Shown in pieces: positions 10,704 to 20,190 of a stretch of DNA of 64,000 bases. The translations under genes were made by a program, and so were the position numbers. The notes beneath the pieces are model-generated. The model was given only the letters and a program-made list of their open reading frames with translations, did not search any database and had not been told where the DNA came from. This stretch comes from an uncultured Bdellovibrio sp. (GTDB lineage: Bacteria; Bdellovibrionota; Bdellovibrionia; Bdellovibrionales; Bdellovibrionaceae), in contig CAWVRN010000002.1 of the NCBI GenBank assembly GCA_963932905.1, positions 192,001 through 256,000 on the forward strand. The letters run 5' to 3'. Each line of letters opens with the position of its first letter. The stretch's first letter is position 1.

Positions 10704-10740
10704 TTTCAAAAACTTAAATTTGCACAACGTAAAGATTCTT

Positions 10741-11448
10741 ATGTTGTTGCTACTTTTTACGCCGTCTACTTTTGCGTCCTTAAAACTACCAAACGGGCTA
10801 GATTCGGAAAAAAGAAAATCAATGATGAAGACAATAGGTTTTGTTGGTACGACAAAATATGTATCTAACGGATATATGCTGGGCGGCTTCGATGGTTTCG
10901 AAATTTCTTCTCAGTTAGAATCTGTAGCTTTTTCTAGTGTAAATTCGTTAAGTGCGACTGCTATTGATCAACAGAATCAAATACTGACCCGATTTGGTGT
11001 TGCTAAAGGTTTTTATCACGACATCGAAATTTCGTTTCAATTTATTCCATTTTTTCTACAAACAGAAATGTCAGGTTACAGCGGATCTTTGAAATATACA
11101 TTTTATGAAGATCAGGGTATGCCTTTGACGATTGATGTTTTAGTTCACGGTGGCGGAATTAATTTTGGCAATTTATTGGGTGTTCAAAGTACAGGTATGG
11201 ATTTCGTTATAAATTATTTCATGAAGTATTGGTCATTCTATGGTGGCTTTGGCCAATCACGAATTATCGGATCGTTCATTGGTGGTAATAATGGTTTAAC
11301 TGAAGATCATATGACTGCGACCGAAGATCTGGCTCAAAACCGTGTGTTAGCTGGTTTGTCATATGATTTTCAGAATTTTCAAATGGGATTGCAGGTTGAG
11401 CGATTCTACGAAGGCACCGCAATTTTGAAAATCGGTAAACGATTCTAA
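10741..11448 (+). CDS. Putative outer-membrane beta-barrel protein (start approximate)
   Basis: Signal-like MLLLLFTPSTFA, alternating amphipathic strands, C-terminal KIGKRF. The ORF-track start at 10540 overlaps the upstream gene. Confidence 0.65.
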   Translation: MLLLLFTPSTFASLKLPNGLDSEKRKSMMKTIGFVGTTKYVSNGYMLGGFDGFEISSQLESVAFSSVNSLSATAIDQQNQILTRFGVAKGFYHDIEISFQFIPFFLQTEMSGYSGSLKYTFYEDQGMPLTIDVLVHGGGINFGNLLGVQSTGMDFVINYFMKYWSFYGGFGQSRIIGSFIGGNNGLTEDHMTATEDLAQNRVLAGLSYDFQNFQMGLQVERFYEGTAILKIGKRF

Positions 11449-11532
11449 TTGTATTTCAATTTGAGACCTCTAAATCTGGTACGTCAACATGCTCCCCTGG
11501 TGGGATTTCTATTTTTAAAAATAAGAAACAAC

Positions 11533-12093
11533 TTATTTAGGCGGTTGCTGAGCTTTTGAGTCTTTGCTAGTTCTTTGTTTTTCTAGGAAGTCATCGCAAA
11601 AACTTTTGTATGAGAATTTGTCTGGTATTTTAGGGAAATTTAAACTTTCGGCTCGTGCTTTTGCCTTTAATTCTTGGGATCCGAAATCGGATGGTTTCAC
11701 CCCTTGGGTGATGAAAGACACGTTGGCATTGGCTAGCGTTCGTCGCGCTTGATATTCGACATTTTCAAGACGTTCAATTTCCTTTTCTAGTTCGGCACGT
11801 TCTTCGTACACCGAGATTTTTTCGTTTTCCGGTTTAACTAGAAGTAGAGGAATACACATAGTAGTGATTTTTGGTTTTTCTTTTTTTAGTTCGAAATTTA
11901 AAACGCCTTCAATTTTTTTCAATCGATCTTTAACGAGTTCTATATTTTCGGCCACTTGCTTTTTTATAGCTAAATAAGTTTCTTGGCGCTTCAGTCTGTT
12001 TTCTTTGGAATTGCGATAGTTATCAGGATTCGCATTTTCCGCAAATAGAATACGAGATAATAAAAAAGTAAAAATAACACATAGTTTGATCAT
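11533..12093 (-). CDS. Secreted hypothetical coiled-coil protein
   Basis: Signal peptide MIKLCVIFTFLLSRILFA; charged helical body. Confidence 0.65.
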   Translation of the reverse strand: MIKLCVIFTFLLSRILFAENANPDNYRNSKENRLKRQETYLAIKKQVAENIELVKDRLKKIEGVLNFELKKEKPKITTMCIPLLLVKPENEKISVYEERAELEKEIERLENVEYQARRTLANANVSFITQGVKPSDFGSQELKAKARAESLNFPKIPDKFSYKSFCDDFLEKQRTSKDSKAQQPPK

Positions 12094-12098
12094 ATCTT

Positions 12099-12887
12099 TT
12101 ATTTTGCCCCATAAATCTTTTGAATTAAAGCTTTATCACCAGCACTTAAAGATGTAGCCAAGCCCATTGCCGCACCCATAGCTTCATACCCAGGACGAGG
12201 TTTCATGATGATTTTTCCATTTACGCTGTAGGCTGCATTCCAATAATGCATAATTGACAAGAAATCATATGGTCCGCTGTTATCCATAGCCCCCAAGGAA
12301 AGTTTGTCATAAGAGTAGGCCATCTGCCCGGCATTTTGAGCGAAAACTTCGATATAGGTATCACGATCGGGCCGTTGATGTTCATGCATTAAACCAAAGA
12401 CGTGTCCTAGTTCGTGTAAAAGTGAAACGGAATTCCAGCACCAAACGGCGGCAAAATTAAATACACGCTCGCCGCCATTGGCCCCAGCGCCAAGGTCAGT
12501 CCAGCAACGATCGGCCATTTTCGTATTGGTTACAAATAGGTAATTTGATTCGAATAAACTTTTAGCGCGACATCTGATTTTGGCAACATCGCCCCAAGCT
12601 TCGCAGGCTTTCCAAAATAAATTTCGCTGTTCTTCCGTGATATTCGAGTGAAATTTGACGGGCACAACACCGTTCTTCCATACTTTTGATGAATAGGCTT
12701 GAAAACCAGAAGCGGCTTTTTCGGAAACTTGTGAGGCCATATCGATGCGATAGTCGCCATAATCGACGAAACTTTTTGTGTCGTCTTCTTTTTCTGTCGG
12801 TATGCCCGGAGGGTAACTAACTCCTTTTTGGCACGCAAGGATTCCAATGAAAACAGCAAATGCAAGGATCTGTTTTAGGTAATTCAT
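12099..12887 (-). CDS. Astacin-family (M12A) zinc metallopeptidase lipoprotein
   Basis: Lipobox ILAC; HELGHVFGLMHEHQRPDRD and Met-turn YDFLSIMHY. Confidence 0.93.
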   Translation of the reverse strand: MNYLKQILAFAVFIGILACQKGVSYPPGIPTEKEDDTKSFVDYGDYRIDMASQVSEKAASGFQAYSSKVWKNGVVPVKFHSNITEEQRNLFWKACEAWGDVAKIRCRAKSLFESNYLFVTNTKMADRCWTDLGAGANGGERVFNFAAVWCWNSVSLLHELGHVFGLMHEHQRPDRDTYIEVFAQNAGQMAYSYDKLSLGAMDNSGPYDFLSIMHYWNAAYSVNGKIIMKPRPGYEAMGAAMGLATSLSAGDKALIQKIYGAK

Positions 12888-13011
12888 TTCTTAATATTAC
12901 CACGAGCGCCTAGAGCCGTCTGCGCGTCCAAAGTAGTGAACGCGAAAAAAAAAATGAGCGAGACCAATGAAGAGAACATGGTACGCATCAATATTTTGAG
13001 GTTATTCGAAG

Positions 13012-13482
13012 CTAGCTTTTTTCGATTTTAGACACAATCGATGTAGTTGATTTTCCATCGATAAACATTAACGAGAGCACTTGTCCCCCGTAGCCTTGAA
13101 CGAATTCGCCGCCAACGATCTGGTTGATCTTCCAATCGCCACCTTTAACAAGAACGTCCGGGTGAACCATCTTGATCAAGTTTTCAGGAGTGTCTTCTGT
13201 AAAGATAACTGTAGCGTCAACAGACTCTAGCGCGGCTAAAATTTCAGATCGGTCGTTTTCGCTTTGAATGGGACGAGTTGGCCCTTTAAGGCGTTTCACA
13301 GACGCATCAGCATTGATTCCTACGATTAGGAAATCACCTTTAGATTTTGCTTCTTTTAAATATTTAACGTGACCGATATGAAGTAAATCAAAACAGCCGT
13401 TGGTGAACACAATTTTTTTGTTTTTTCTAACGGCGTTTAGTTTTTCTAGGAGAGCATTAGTGTCGGAGTAGAATTGGCCCAC
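13012..13482 (-). CDS. rfaE2: D-glycero-beta-D-manno-heptose 1-phosphate adenylyltransferase (HldE domain II, stand-alone)
   Basis: VFTNGCFDLLHIGH, GINADASVKRLKGPTRP, PDVLVKGGDW, STTSIV. Confidence 0.94.
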   Translation of the reverse strand: MGQFYSDTNALLEKLNAVRKNKKIVFTNGCFDLLHIGHVKYLKEAKSKGDFLIVGINADASVKRLKGPTRPIQSENDRSEILAALESVDATVIFTEDTPENLIKMVHPDVLVKGGDWKINQIVGGEFVQGYGGQVLSLMFIDGKSTTSIVSKIEKS

Positions 13483-13495
13483 GGTTTTTACCTGT

Positions 13496-14326
13496 TTATT
13501 TTCTGCGAACTAAAGGTAAATCCAAAAATTCACCCAGGAAATCACGATCGAATGCCCATGATACCAACGGAACAATGAACCCACCAGTTACCATGATCAA
13601 GATACTTCTTAAGGCAATTTTAGTTAGCGCAAAGAAATCAACCTTGTCGCCGCGAACTTGGATTTTTTGATCATAAGCCCATTCACCCGGCGTGTAGCCA
13701 AGGAATGACCGAAAGGTAACATAGTAAATGAAACCAACGCTGCAGAATAAAAGAAACAATGAAATGTACACAGAACCCTGATCATCTGGGTTTCTGATAT
13801 TTTGTAGCAAATCGATTTTTGTGATGGCAAGCAATGCAACCAAGAATAACAAGCTAGAGGCTACTACCAGCATTAAATCTAAAACCATCGCCGTAAATAA
13901 TGGGCCAGAGGCTTTGTAAACCGCTTCGGTTTTAGACGTAATAACTTTGGTAACTTGATTTTTTGGAATTTCAAACTGTTGAGAGGCTTTCTGTTTCGAC
14001 GTTTCGATATTTTTCAAAATCTCGTCCACGATATCGTGAGTTTGGCCTTGAGCCAATGAAGCGCGTGTTTGATAGCTGTCTAAATCCGAAGTATCGACGG
14101 TTACAGGTTTCGATTTCTTGTTTGGTAGTGGAGTTGAAAACATCGCCGCAGCCGATTGGCCAGCAACAGACTTGGTCTGTTTAGACGTCTGATTCGTTGA
14201 AGCTTTGTTTTCAACCAAAGGCGCCGCTTTTTCATTCAGTGGTTTTTGGTTTCTGTGAAAACCTAGACCATCGGTAATTGGTTTGAATTCAAATTCTTCG
14301 AAGGGATCTACTTCATTGTGCATCAT
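13496..14326 (-). CDS. RDD-family membrane protein with N-terminal low-complexity region
   Basis: AMVLDL, three TM helices, GYTPGEW, IALRS pattern. Confidence 0.75.
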   Translation of the reverse strand: MMHNEVDPFEEFEFKPITDGLGFHRNQKPLNEKAAPLVENKASTNQTSKQTKSVAGQSAAAMFSTPLPNKKSKPVTVDTSDLDSYQTRASLAQGQTHDIVDEILKNIETSKQKASQQFEIPKNQVTKVITSKTEAVYKASGPLFTAMVLDLMLVVASSLLFLVALLAITKIDLLQNIRNPDDQGSVYISLFLLFCSVGFIYYVTFRSFLGYTPGEWAYDQKIQVRGDKVDFFALTKIALRSILIMVTGGFIVPLVSWAFDRDFLGEFLDLPLVRRK

Positions 14327-15093
14327 GCCTCCATAAGATCAAATTCATACTTTAGGATGGACAGTCCAGTAAGGCAAGCCGTTTCGACCCTTAAAACCTG
14401 AGTTCCCAGAGTGACAGGACTTAAGCCAAGGTTCTGTAAGCCATTGATTTCATTGGTGGAAAATCCACCCTCGCTGCCAATGACCAATCCTATGTTTTTG
14501 ATCGGTTTGTGTTTTGCTTCGTCCTTGAACTTGGCTATCGCCTGTTTCGCATTTAGGGCTGATTCCCCTTCATAAAAGAATAGACACTGATCGATCGCCA
14601 ACTGGTTAATTTTCTGCGAGAAGTCTTTCCAGGCGAAGGGTTTTTCAAGACGCATCAGTTCGCCGCGGCCGGATTGTTGAGTCGCGGACACGATGATTTT
14701 CTGCCAGCGTTCCAGTTTATGGGCGAAATCCTTTTCTTGCATGCTTTTTACAAATGAATAGTCAGAATAGAACGGGTGGATGGAATGAACACCCATTTCC
14801 ACAGCTTTTTCCATAACAGATTCTAGCGTCGAGAATTTTGGCATCGACATGAACATGTGAATATGAGGATGTTTTAGTTCGGGAATTTTTCTAACTTCGA
14901 CAACAGTTACGGACGCGCGTTTTTTTTCGACGTTATCCACATGAACTAAAAAGCCTTGTCCGGTCGAATTGATTAATTCAAAATGCTGATCTTTGCCGAC
15001 TCGACAGACGTCAAAGATATGATGAAACAAATCTTTATCGATAACGAGCTGTTCACCAACTTGAAGATTGATGTCAAGCCAGTATCTACGCAT
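14323..15093 (-). CDS. rsmE: 16S rRNA m3U1498 methyltransferase
   Basis: HHIFDVCR, EKAVEMGV, ATQQSGR, IGSEGGFS, LGTQVLRVETA. Confidence 0.94.
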   Translation of the reverse strand: MRRYWLDINLQVGEQLVIDKDLFHHIFDVCRVGKDQHFELINSTGQGFLVHVDNVEKKRASVTVVEVRKIPELKHPHIHMFMSMPKFSTLESVMEKAVEMGVHSIHPFYSDYSFVKSMQEKDFAHKLERWQKIIVSATQQSGRGELMRLEKPFAWKDFSQKINQLAIDQCLFFYEGESALNAKQAIAKFKDEAKHKPIKNIGLVIGSEGGFSTNEINGLQNLGLSPVTLGTQVLRVETACLTGLSILKYEFDLMEA

Positions 15094-15991
15094 GAGTAAC
15101 CCAGTAGCCTATCCAGTCGTCTTTTTCTAGGCGCATTTCAATTTTTAAATTTTGGTCTTCGATAAAGTCAGAAAGGAATTCAGCTTCATGTTCTTTCAGA
15201 ATTCCAGTAAGAATCATAGAACCATTGGCTTTCATACACTTCACAAGGCTTGATTTTATTTTTAAGAGAACACCATCGATGATGTTCGCTACAACCAGAT
15301 CATAATTTTCACGTATCTCTTCTATGGGAGTTCCAGAAACGTCAAACTGAGTTGTATTATTTTTAGTAACGTTTTCGCCCGCAACGCGAATGGCTTCTGG
15401 ATCCACTTCTAAACCCTTAACGCTGGCAAAACCTTGATGACGAGCCAAAATACCAAGAATCCCCGTGCCTGTGCCGACATCAAGTAACGTGTGCGTGTTT
15501 AGGTTAGATTGCTGTTTTCCGTATTTCACTATTAAGTAAGAAGCCATCTGAGTCGTCGCGTGGGTGCCAGTGCCGAATGCCATTCCGGGATCGATGAATA
15601 TAGGAACCGGGCAATCGGCAGGTACAGGTTCCCAGCTAGGGACAACCCAGTATTTATCTACCAGCTTGAATGCTTTGAAACCCTTCTTCCATTCCTCTAA
15701 CCAGTCTTTGGTTTCTTCTTCCGTAATTTCCCAGTCTACATTCGGAGCCATATCAGTTAAACCGTCAAAGAAATTGCATCCTGGGCGTTCATTGAAAAAT
15801 ACATCGACTGAAAAGTTTTTTTGGTACAAAACTTTTGGATCATAAACCAAACTCGGTTGGACAAAATTTAGTGCCTCTGAAACGCCTAAAGCGCCGCAAT
15901 CAAAGCAGTGTTTAGTTATCGTAGATTCATTTTCTGAGGTAATATTTTTAAGCTTGATCTTGATATACGTATTGGCTGCAGTAGTTGTCAT
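15086..15991 (-). CDS. prmA: Ribosomal protein L11 methyltransferase
   Basis: DWLEEWKK, IDPGMAFGTGTHATT, LDVGTGTGILGI, VVANI. Confidence 0.95.
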   Translation of the reverse strand: MTTTAANTYIKIKLKNITSENESTITKHCFDCGALGVSEALNFVQPSLVYDPKVLYQKNFSVDVFFNERPGCNFFDGLTDMAPNVDWEITEEETKDWLEEWKKGFKAFKLVDKYWVVPSWEPVPADCPVPIFIDPGMAFGTGTHATTQMASYLIVKYGKQQSNLNTHTLLDVGTGTGILGILARHQGFASVKGLEVDPEAIRVAGENVTKNNTTQFDVSGTPIEEIRENYDLVVANIIDGVLLKIKSSLVKCMKANGSMILTGILKEHEAEFLSDFIEDQNLKIEMRLEKDDWIGYWVTHA

Positions 15992-16101
15992 GGGCGTAAG
16001 AACTAGCAGGTTACTCTGACGTGGTCAAAAACGTTTTTCTTTAGTGCTGTTAACTATTTACAGATTACAGGGTTGGGGGCGAGAAAGGGTGTAAAAAGCG
16101 T

Positions 16102-16479
16102 TTAGTTAGTTTCTAATGAATCGCCGATCATGAACCATGGGTTATCTAGCATAGGAAGCTCTTCACGTGAGAATGTCTTTACTTCGCGGGCAACGGCAAT
16201 TTTTCCATAGACAGCGATAATTTTGAGTTGGCCAACTGGGGCCTGGATTTCACCCATGACTTGTGAGCCAGAAGCGTCTCTCAGAGTGACTTTACGGGTA
16301 ACCGTGTAGACTTGATTTTTCTTAAGTTTGGCACCGTCGCCATTCTTGATGTAGAAGTCTTTATAAACAGGATCTGTATCAGATAACGGGATGTTTCTGC
16401 GTACTTCAAATATTGAAATTTCATCGGCCGAAGCTAAAGAGTGCATTCCTAGTAAGGCCAGAACTAAAATCCATTTCAT
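16102..16479 (-). CDS. Secreted hypothetical protein
   Basis: Signal peptide MKWILVLALLGMHSLASA; beta-rich body. Confidence 0.75.
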   Translation of the reverse strand: MKWILVLALLGMHSLASADEISIFEVRRNIPLSDTDPVYKDFYIKNGDGAKLKKNQVYTVTRKVTLRDASGSQVMGEIQAPVGQLKIIAVYGKIAVAREVKTFSREELPMLDNPWFMIGDSLETN

Positions 16480-16486
16480 ACTAACC

Positions 16487-16513
16487 CTATCGGAGTCTCA
16501 TTTTTAGACTTCA
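16487..16513 (-). promoter_or_regulatory. Putative sigma28/FliA-type promoter
   Basis: TGAA-N15-TCCGATAG on the minus strand, 7 nt before the ATG at 16479. Confidence 0.5.
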
Positions 16514-16675
16514 CAGAACATAGGACTAGATTTCAAAGTAGGTTGTTATGGAAAACACGACCTTTGTGGCTACTCTTCGTTTGAATTGGTGAAAGATCAG
16601 TCATAGGTCGTATTGAAATTTGAATTTAATTTAATACTATGAATTTGAGCCAATAATATTCAACCTGGAGACGAA

Positions 16676-17701
16676 ATGATCGAACTTAATAATTTGAAAA
16701 CTATTTTAAAAATACTGGGCGTAACGTCACTTGCGATAGGTTTTGCTGCATGTAAATCTGGTGATAATGGATCTGGTAGTGGATCTAGTTTGGAAATTCC
16801 TCAAATGGCCGGGCCTGTTTCGGGCGGCACAGGTACGGCGGTTATACCTCAAGCGACAGGAACGGCTATTACCGGAAGTACAACACCAGCCAATTCCCAA
16901 GCGGCTGCGTTTAAGAGTTTAGTAAAATCATTTTTAGATTTTAGCAAAGTGACAGATCAGTTTTCGTGTTTTGCAAAAACTCTTGTTAACAACGGTGTGG
17001 TTCAAGGAGATGGCACAAGCGTTGTGTTTTATGATGATCAAGATTCTTCGGCTTACAAAGCCAAATTTAGTGTCACTGCTAACGGAACCGAGCTTGTGAA
17101 TTATAAAATGTACCTGTGTTCAAGTGGTGCTTCGACGAACAGTTTTTACGTCACGGCTGCGAAATCGGGGAACAATATTTCTTTCACTATGAAATACAAA
17201 TATTCAACATCCGTTGAAGGCTCAATGACTGTAACAGGACAAGTGAATGGTGGCGACTGGTTAAACAAGGTGGTTGAAATGCAAAATGTCGCTTCCAACA
17301 ACATTTATAAATTTCAAATGACCCAGACATCGTCAACAATGACTTTAAAATCAGCCTCTGATGCGGCTTCGGGAACAGACTATTTGATGTATGGGAAGTT
17401 TGGAGTGTCGGGAAGCGGTGCCGATAGCTATGCGATGACAGAAGGCACAGCGAAGTATTATATTAACGGCACGGGTTCTGAGCTTGTATCTCATTGGAAT
17501 TCCACGGGTGCAAATGCTTCAACAAGCGCCTACGCTGCCGATGTTTCAGCGGCCAGTTATTACTCTTTACCTTTGAGTTTTTCTGGCGCTATCGGTGGCG
17601 ATGAAATTTGGGATTGTTCAAATGGATCTACACAAACGGTTTCTTCGTCATCCTTAAGCGCTTCGGTCAAATCCCAACTAGAGGCTTGTAGCAGCAACTA
17701 G
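16676..17701 (+). CDS. Ser/Thr/Gly-rich surface lipoprotein, hypothetical
   Basis: Lipobox FAAC, GSGSGS linker, beta-rich body, several Cys. Confidence 0.75.
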   Translation: MIELNNLKTILKILGVTSLAIGFAACKSGDNGSGSGSSLEIPQMAGPVSGGTGTAVIPQATGTAITGSTTPANSQAAAFKSLVKSFLDFSKVTDQFSCFAKTLVNNGVVQGDGTSVVFYDDQDSSAYKAKFSVTANGTELVNYKMYLCSSGASTNSFYVTAAKSGNNISFTMKYKYSTSVEGSMTVTGQVNGGDWLNKVVEMQNVASNNIYKFQMTQTSSTMTLKSASDAASGTDYLMYGKFGVSGSGADSYAMTEGTAKYYINGTGSELVSHWNSTGANASTSAYAADVSAASYYSLPLSFSGAIGGDEIWDCSNGSTQTVSSSSLSASVKSQLEACSSN

Positions 17702-17721
17702 AACTTAGCTGCTGCAAGAAA

Positions 17722-18630
17722 TTAATCTTTGAATAGTTTATTAAAATCGCGATTTTGCTTATGAGTCGCTTTGAACGACCGCTTGCCCACATGCTTACCT
17801 GGAGCGGGTTTGGCCAGTTTTGGCTTAGCATTCAATTTAGGTTTTGCGTCAGCGGGTAAGTCTTTGATGAATACTTTTTTAAGATCAGTTTCGTCAAGGT
17901 AAGTCAGTTCACCGCGCTCAAGGTGGCCCAGTTTCAATTGGCCGATAGCGATACGTTGAAGTTTTAAAACGTCGTAACCAATTTTTTCAAACATGTAACG
18001 GATCTGACGATTTTTACCTTCGTTGATAACAATCTTGATCCAATTGTACTGTTTGGAGCCTTCTTTGCGGCTGATTTTTTCGATATGGATAGCGCGCACG
18101 CGGCCACCAGGGATAGACACGCCCATTTTCAGCCGGTTTAAATGCTTTTCATCAGGTTGGCCATCGATTTTCACCAAATAGGTTTTAGTGATATCATTCT
18201 TTGGTTGCATTACCTTGTTAGCGAATTCACCGTCGTTTGTGAATAGCAGTAAACCTTCAGAATCCCAGTCTAGACGTCCCACAGGGAACACGCGTTGAGA
18301 AATATCGCCAAGGTAATGAGCAACCGTTGGGCGACCTAGTTCGTCTTCCATCGTAGTCAAAATGCCTTTTGGTTTGTGAAGCATTAAGTAGATTTTTTCA
18401 GTGACTGGCTTGATAGGCTTACGGTCAACAGTGATGCGGTCTTCTTTAGGATTTACTTTGATACCTAACTCGAATACCTTTTTGCCGTTAACTAGGACGC
18501 GGCCGTCAGCGATGATACCATCGGCGGCCCTGCGGGAACAAATACCAGAATCAGCTAAAAACTTGTTGAGTCTTACAGTTCCCGAGTTGTCGGAGTTTTT
18601 AGATGTGGTTTTATTTGATTTGTCTGCCAT
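17722..18630 (-). CDS. RsuA/RluB-family rRNA pseudouridine synthase
   Basis: S4 domain RLNKFLADSGICSRRAAD, PVGRLDWDSEGLLLFTNDG, EGKNRQIR. Confidence 0.93.
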   Translation of the reverse strand: MADKSNKTTSKNSDNSGTVRLNKFLADSGICSRRAADGIIADGRVLVNGKKVFELGIKVNPKEDRITVDRKPIKPVTEKIYLMLHKPKGILTTMEDELGRPTVAHYLGDISQRVFPVGRLDWDSEGLLLFTNDGEFANKVMQPKNDITKTYLVKIDGQPDEKHLNRLKMGVSIPGGRVRAIHIEKISRKEGSKQYNWIKIVINEGKNRQIRYMFEKIGYDVLKLQRIAIGQLKLGHLERGELTYLDETDLKKVFIKDLPADAKPKLNAKPKLAKPAPGKHVGKRSFKATHKQNRDFNKLFKD

Positions 18631-19586
18631 GGTTCGCCGCTCTTTGCTGGATCGTTTTGTGTCGTCACAAGTAAGTGACGGACTTTTCTTATCAAGTCCT
18701 CTAGGCGTTTGTCACCTACATACACGTTTTCAAGAGCGGATTCGGATTGAGAGAGTAAAATAGTAATATAATTCTGCCAAGATTCTGAATTTTTTTCCCA
18801 GAAACCAAGGGTAATGTCCTCTAGCTTCTTAACGATATCGCCATAGAACGGATCTGTGCTTCTCGACACAAAGAACTGTTCTATGCGCTTAACCGGCCAG
18901 AATAGCTTTGGAATATCATGCAGTTTGGCGCTTTGGATGTCCTGCGATTTCTGGAACATGTATCCGCGAGTCAGGGCGCCCGAAATAAGGCCATTTTTGA
19001 TCGTAAACTGCATCAAGTGATGGGGGCTGACTTCCAGAGTGTGAACAAACTGAGAATCAATCTCCATCGATGAATCAAACGAGATTTTAAGCTGAGTGCG
19101 AAGAGGCTCTAGAACACCATTGCGGATCGTGAATTTGCGGTCTAACTGAAGAACGTCGATGCCGCTGCCATCTTTTAAAATAAACGCGAACCACTTTTTC
19201 TGTTCCGTGAAAATTTTGAATTTTACTTCTTTCATGTAACGGGCCCGAATGTATCGAGTCAGAATTTCTTCAACGGCCTTAGGAGATTCCACTTCGATAA
19301 TTTGGATTTGATCAGGGAAAGTAATTTTTGTTAGATCAAAGTGGTTTTGATAAAAATCGTTAAAGTTTTTTAATAAAATTTGTATTTCGTGGCTTAGATG
19401 CCCTCGATTTGAGTACCAGTGCGAGTATTCAAGACATTGGTAAAAGAATTCGCTAATTAAACCATCAGATAATTCTTCTTCAGGCGAATGAAAGGCTTTT
19501 AAGTAGTTGTACAAAGCCAAACGCGTTGGAGACGTGTGTGGATTTATTTCGGTTAAAAACTTGATTAAATAGGCAACTTTCAACAT
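18573..19586 (-). CDS. Hypothetical cytoplasmic protein
   Basis: 337-aa ORF; 3' end overlaps the pseudouridine synthase start by 58 nt. Confidence 0.75.
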   Translation of the reverse strand: MLKVAYLIKFLTEINPHTSPTRLALYNYLKAFHSPEEELSDGLISEFFYQCLEYSHWYSNRGHLSHEIQILLKNFNDFYQNHFDLTKITFPDQIQIIEVESPKAVEEILTRYIRARYMKEVKFKIFTEQKKWFAFILKDGSGIDVLQLDRKFTIRNGVLEPLRTQLKISFDSSMEIDSQFVHTLEVSPHHLMQFTIKNGLISGALTRGYMFQKSQDIQSAKLHDIPKLFWPVKRIEQFFVSRSTDPFYGDIVKKLEDITLGFWEKNSESWQNYITILLSQSESALENVYVGDKRLEDLIRKVRHLLVTTQNDPAKSGEPWQTNQIKPHLKTPTTREL

Positions 19587-19655
19587 AAGAATAAAATAGG
19601 AATTTTTTAGTGATTAGTCTAGCATTATCTTCTATATTCTCGGTTAGAAACCATC

Positions 19656-20186
19656 TTGGGAGGGTTTGTGAAAAAAGAGCTGAATTACACTTTCTTTGAT
19701 ATCAACACGGGCATGCCGGCGAAACAGAGCGTTTTTGTCACTGCCAATCAGCCTCCTCCGGCCAACTGGAATTTTGCCCAAGATCAGGAAAAGATAGCCA
19801 TGACCAGCGTTCCGACACCAGAAATTTCTGGAAATCAGAATGAATTGGCTGATGTGAAAATGGAAATCATGGAAATTCAAAAAGCCTCAAAGCTGCGCAC
19901 TGACCGATATAATTTGTCATTGCAGCGCCTAGAAGCCCAGCAAAACCAAATGGCTAATGATATTTCGGAAAAATTTGCTTTGCTTTTACAGAAATTGAAC
20001 GAGCAAAAAAAGTACGATCAAAAAGTTCAAGACATCGTTGATCGCCACAACAATTTGTTAAAAGGCTACGAAGTTCGTTTAAATCAAATGCAGAAATTGT
20101 TAATGCAAAAAGAACAAGATTACGTTGAAGCCGTAACGTCTCTTAAAGAACTAAAAGCTGAAATTGGACGCTTGAAGCGTTTATAA
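19656..20186 (+). CDS. Coiled-coil hypothetical protein
   Basis: Heptad Leu/Gln-rich pattern. Confidence 0.7.
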   Translation: MGGFVKKELNYTFFDINTGMPAKQSVFVTANQPPPANWNFAQDQEKIAMTSVPTPEISGNQNELADVKMEIMEIQKASKLRTDRYNLSLQRLEAQQNQMANDISEKFALLLQKLNEQKKYDQKVQDIVDRHNNLLKGYEVRLNQMQKLLMQKEQDYVEAVTSLKELKAEIGRLKRL

Positions 20187-20190
20187 AAAA

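Noticed and set aside
10540..10740. 164-nt overlap between the 9648 and 10540 ORFs
   Set aside because: Most likely a start-call artefact; the signal peptide begins near 10720-10741.
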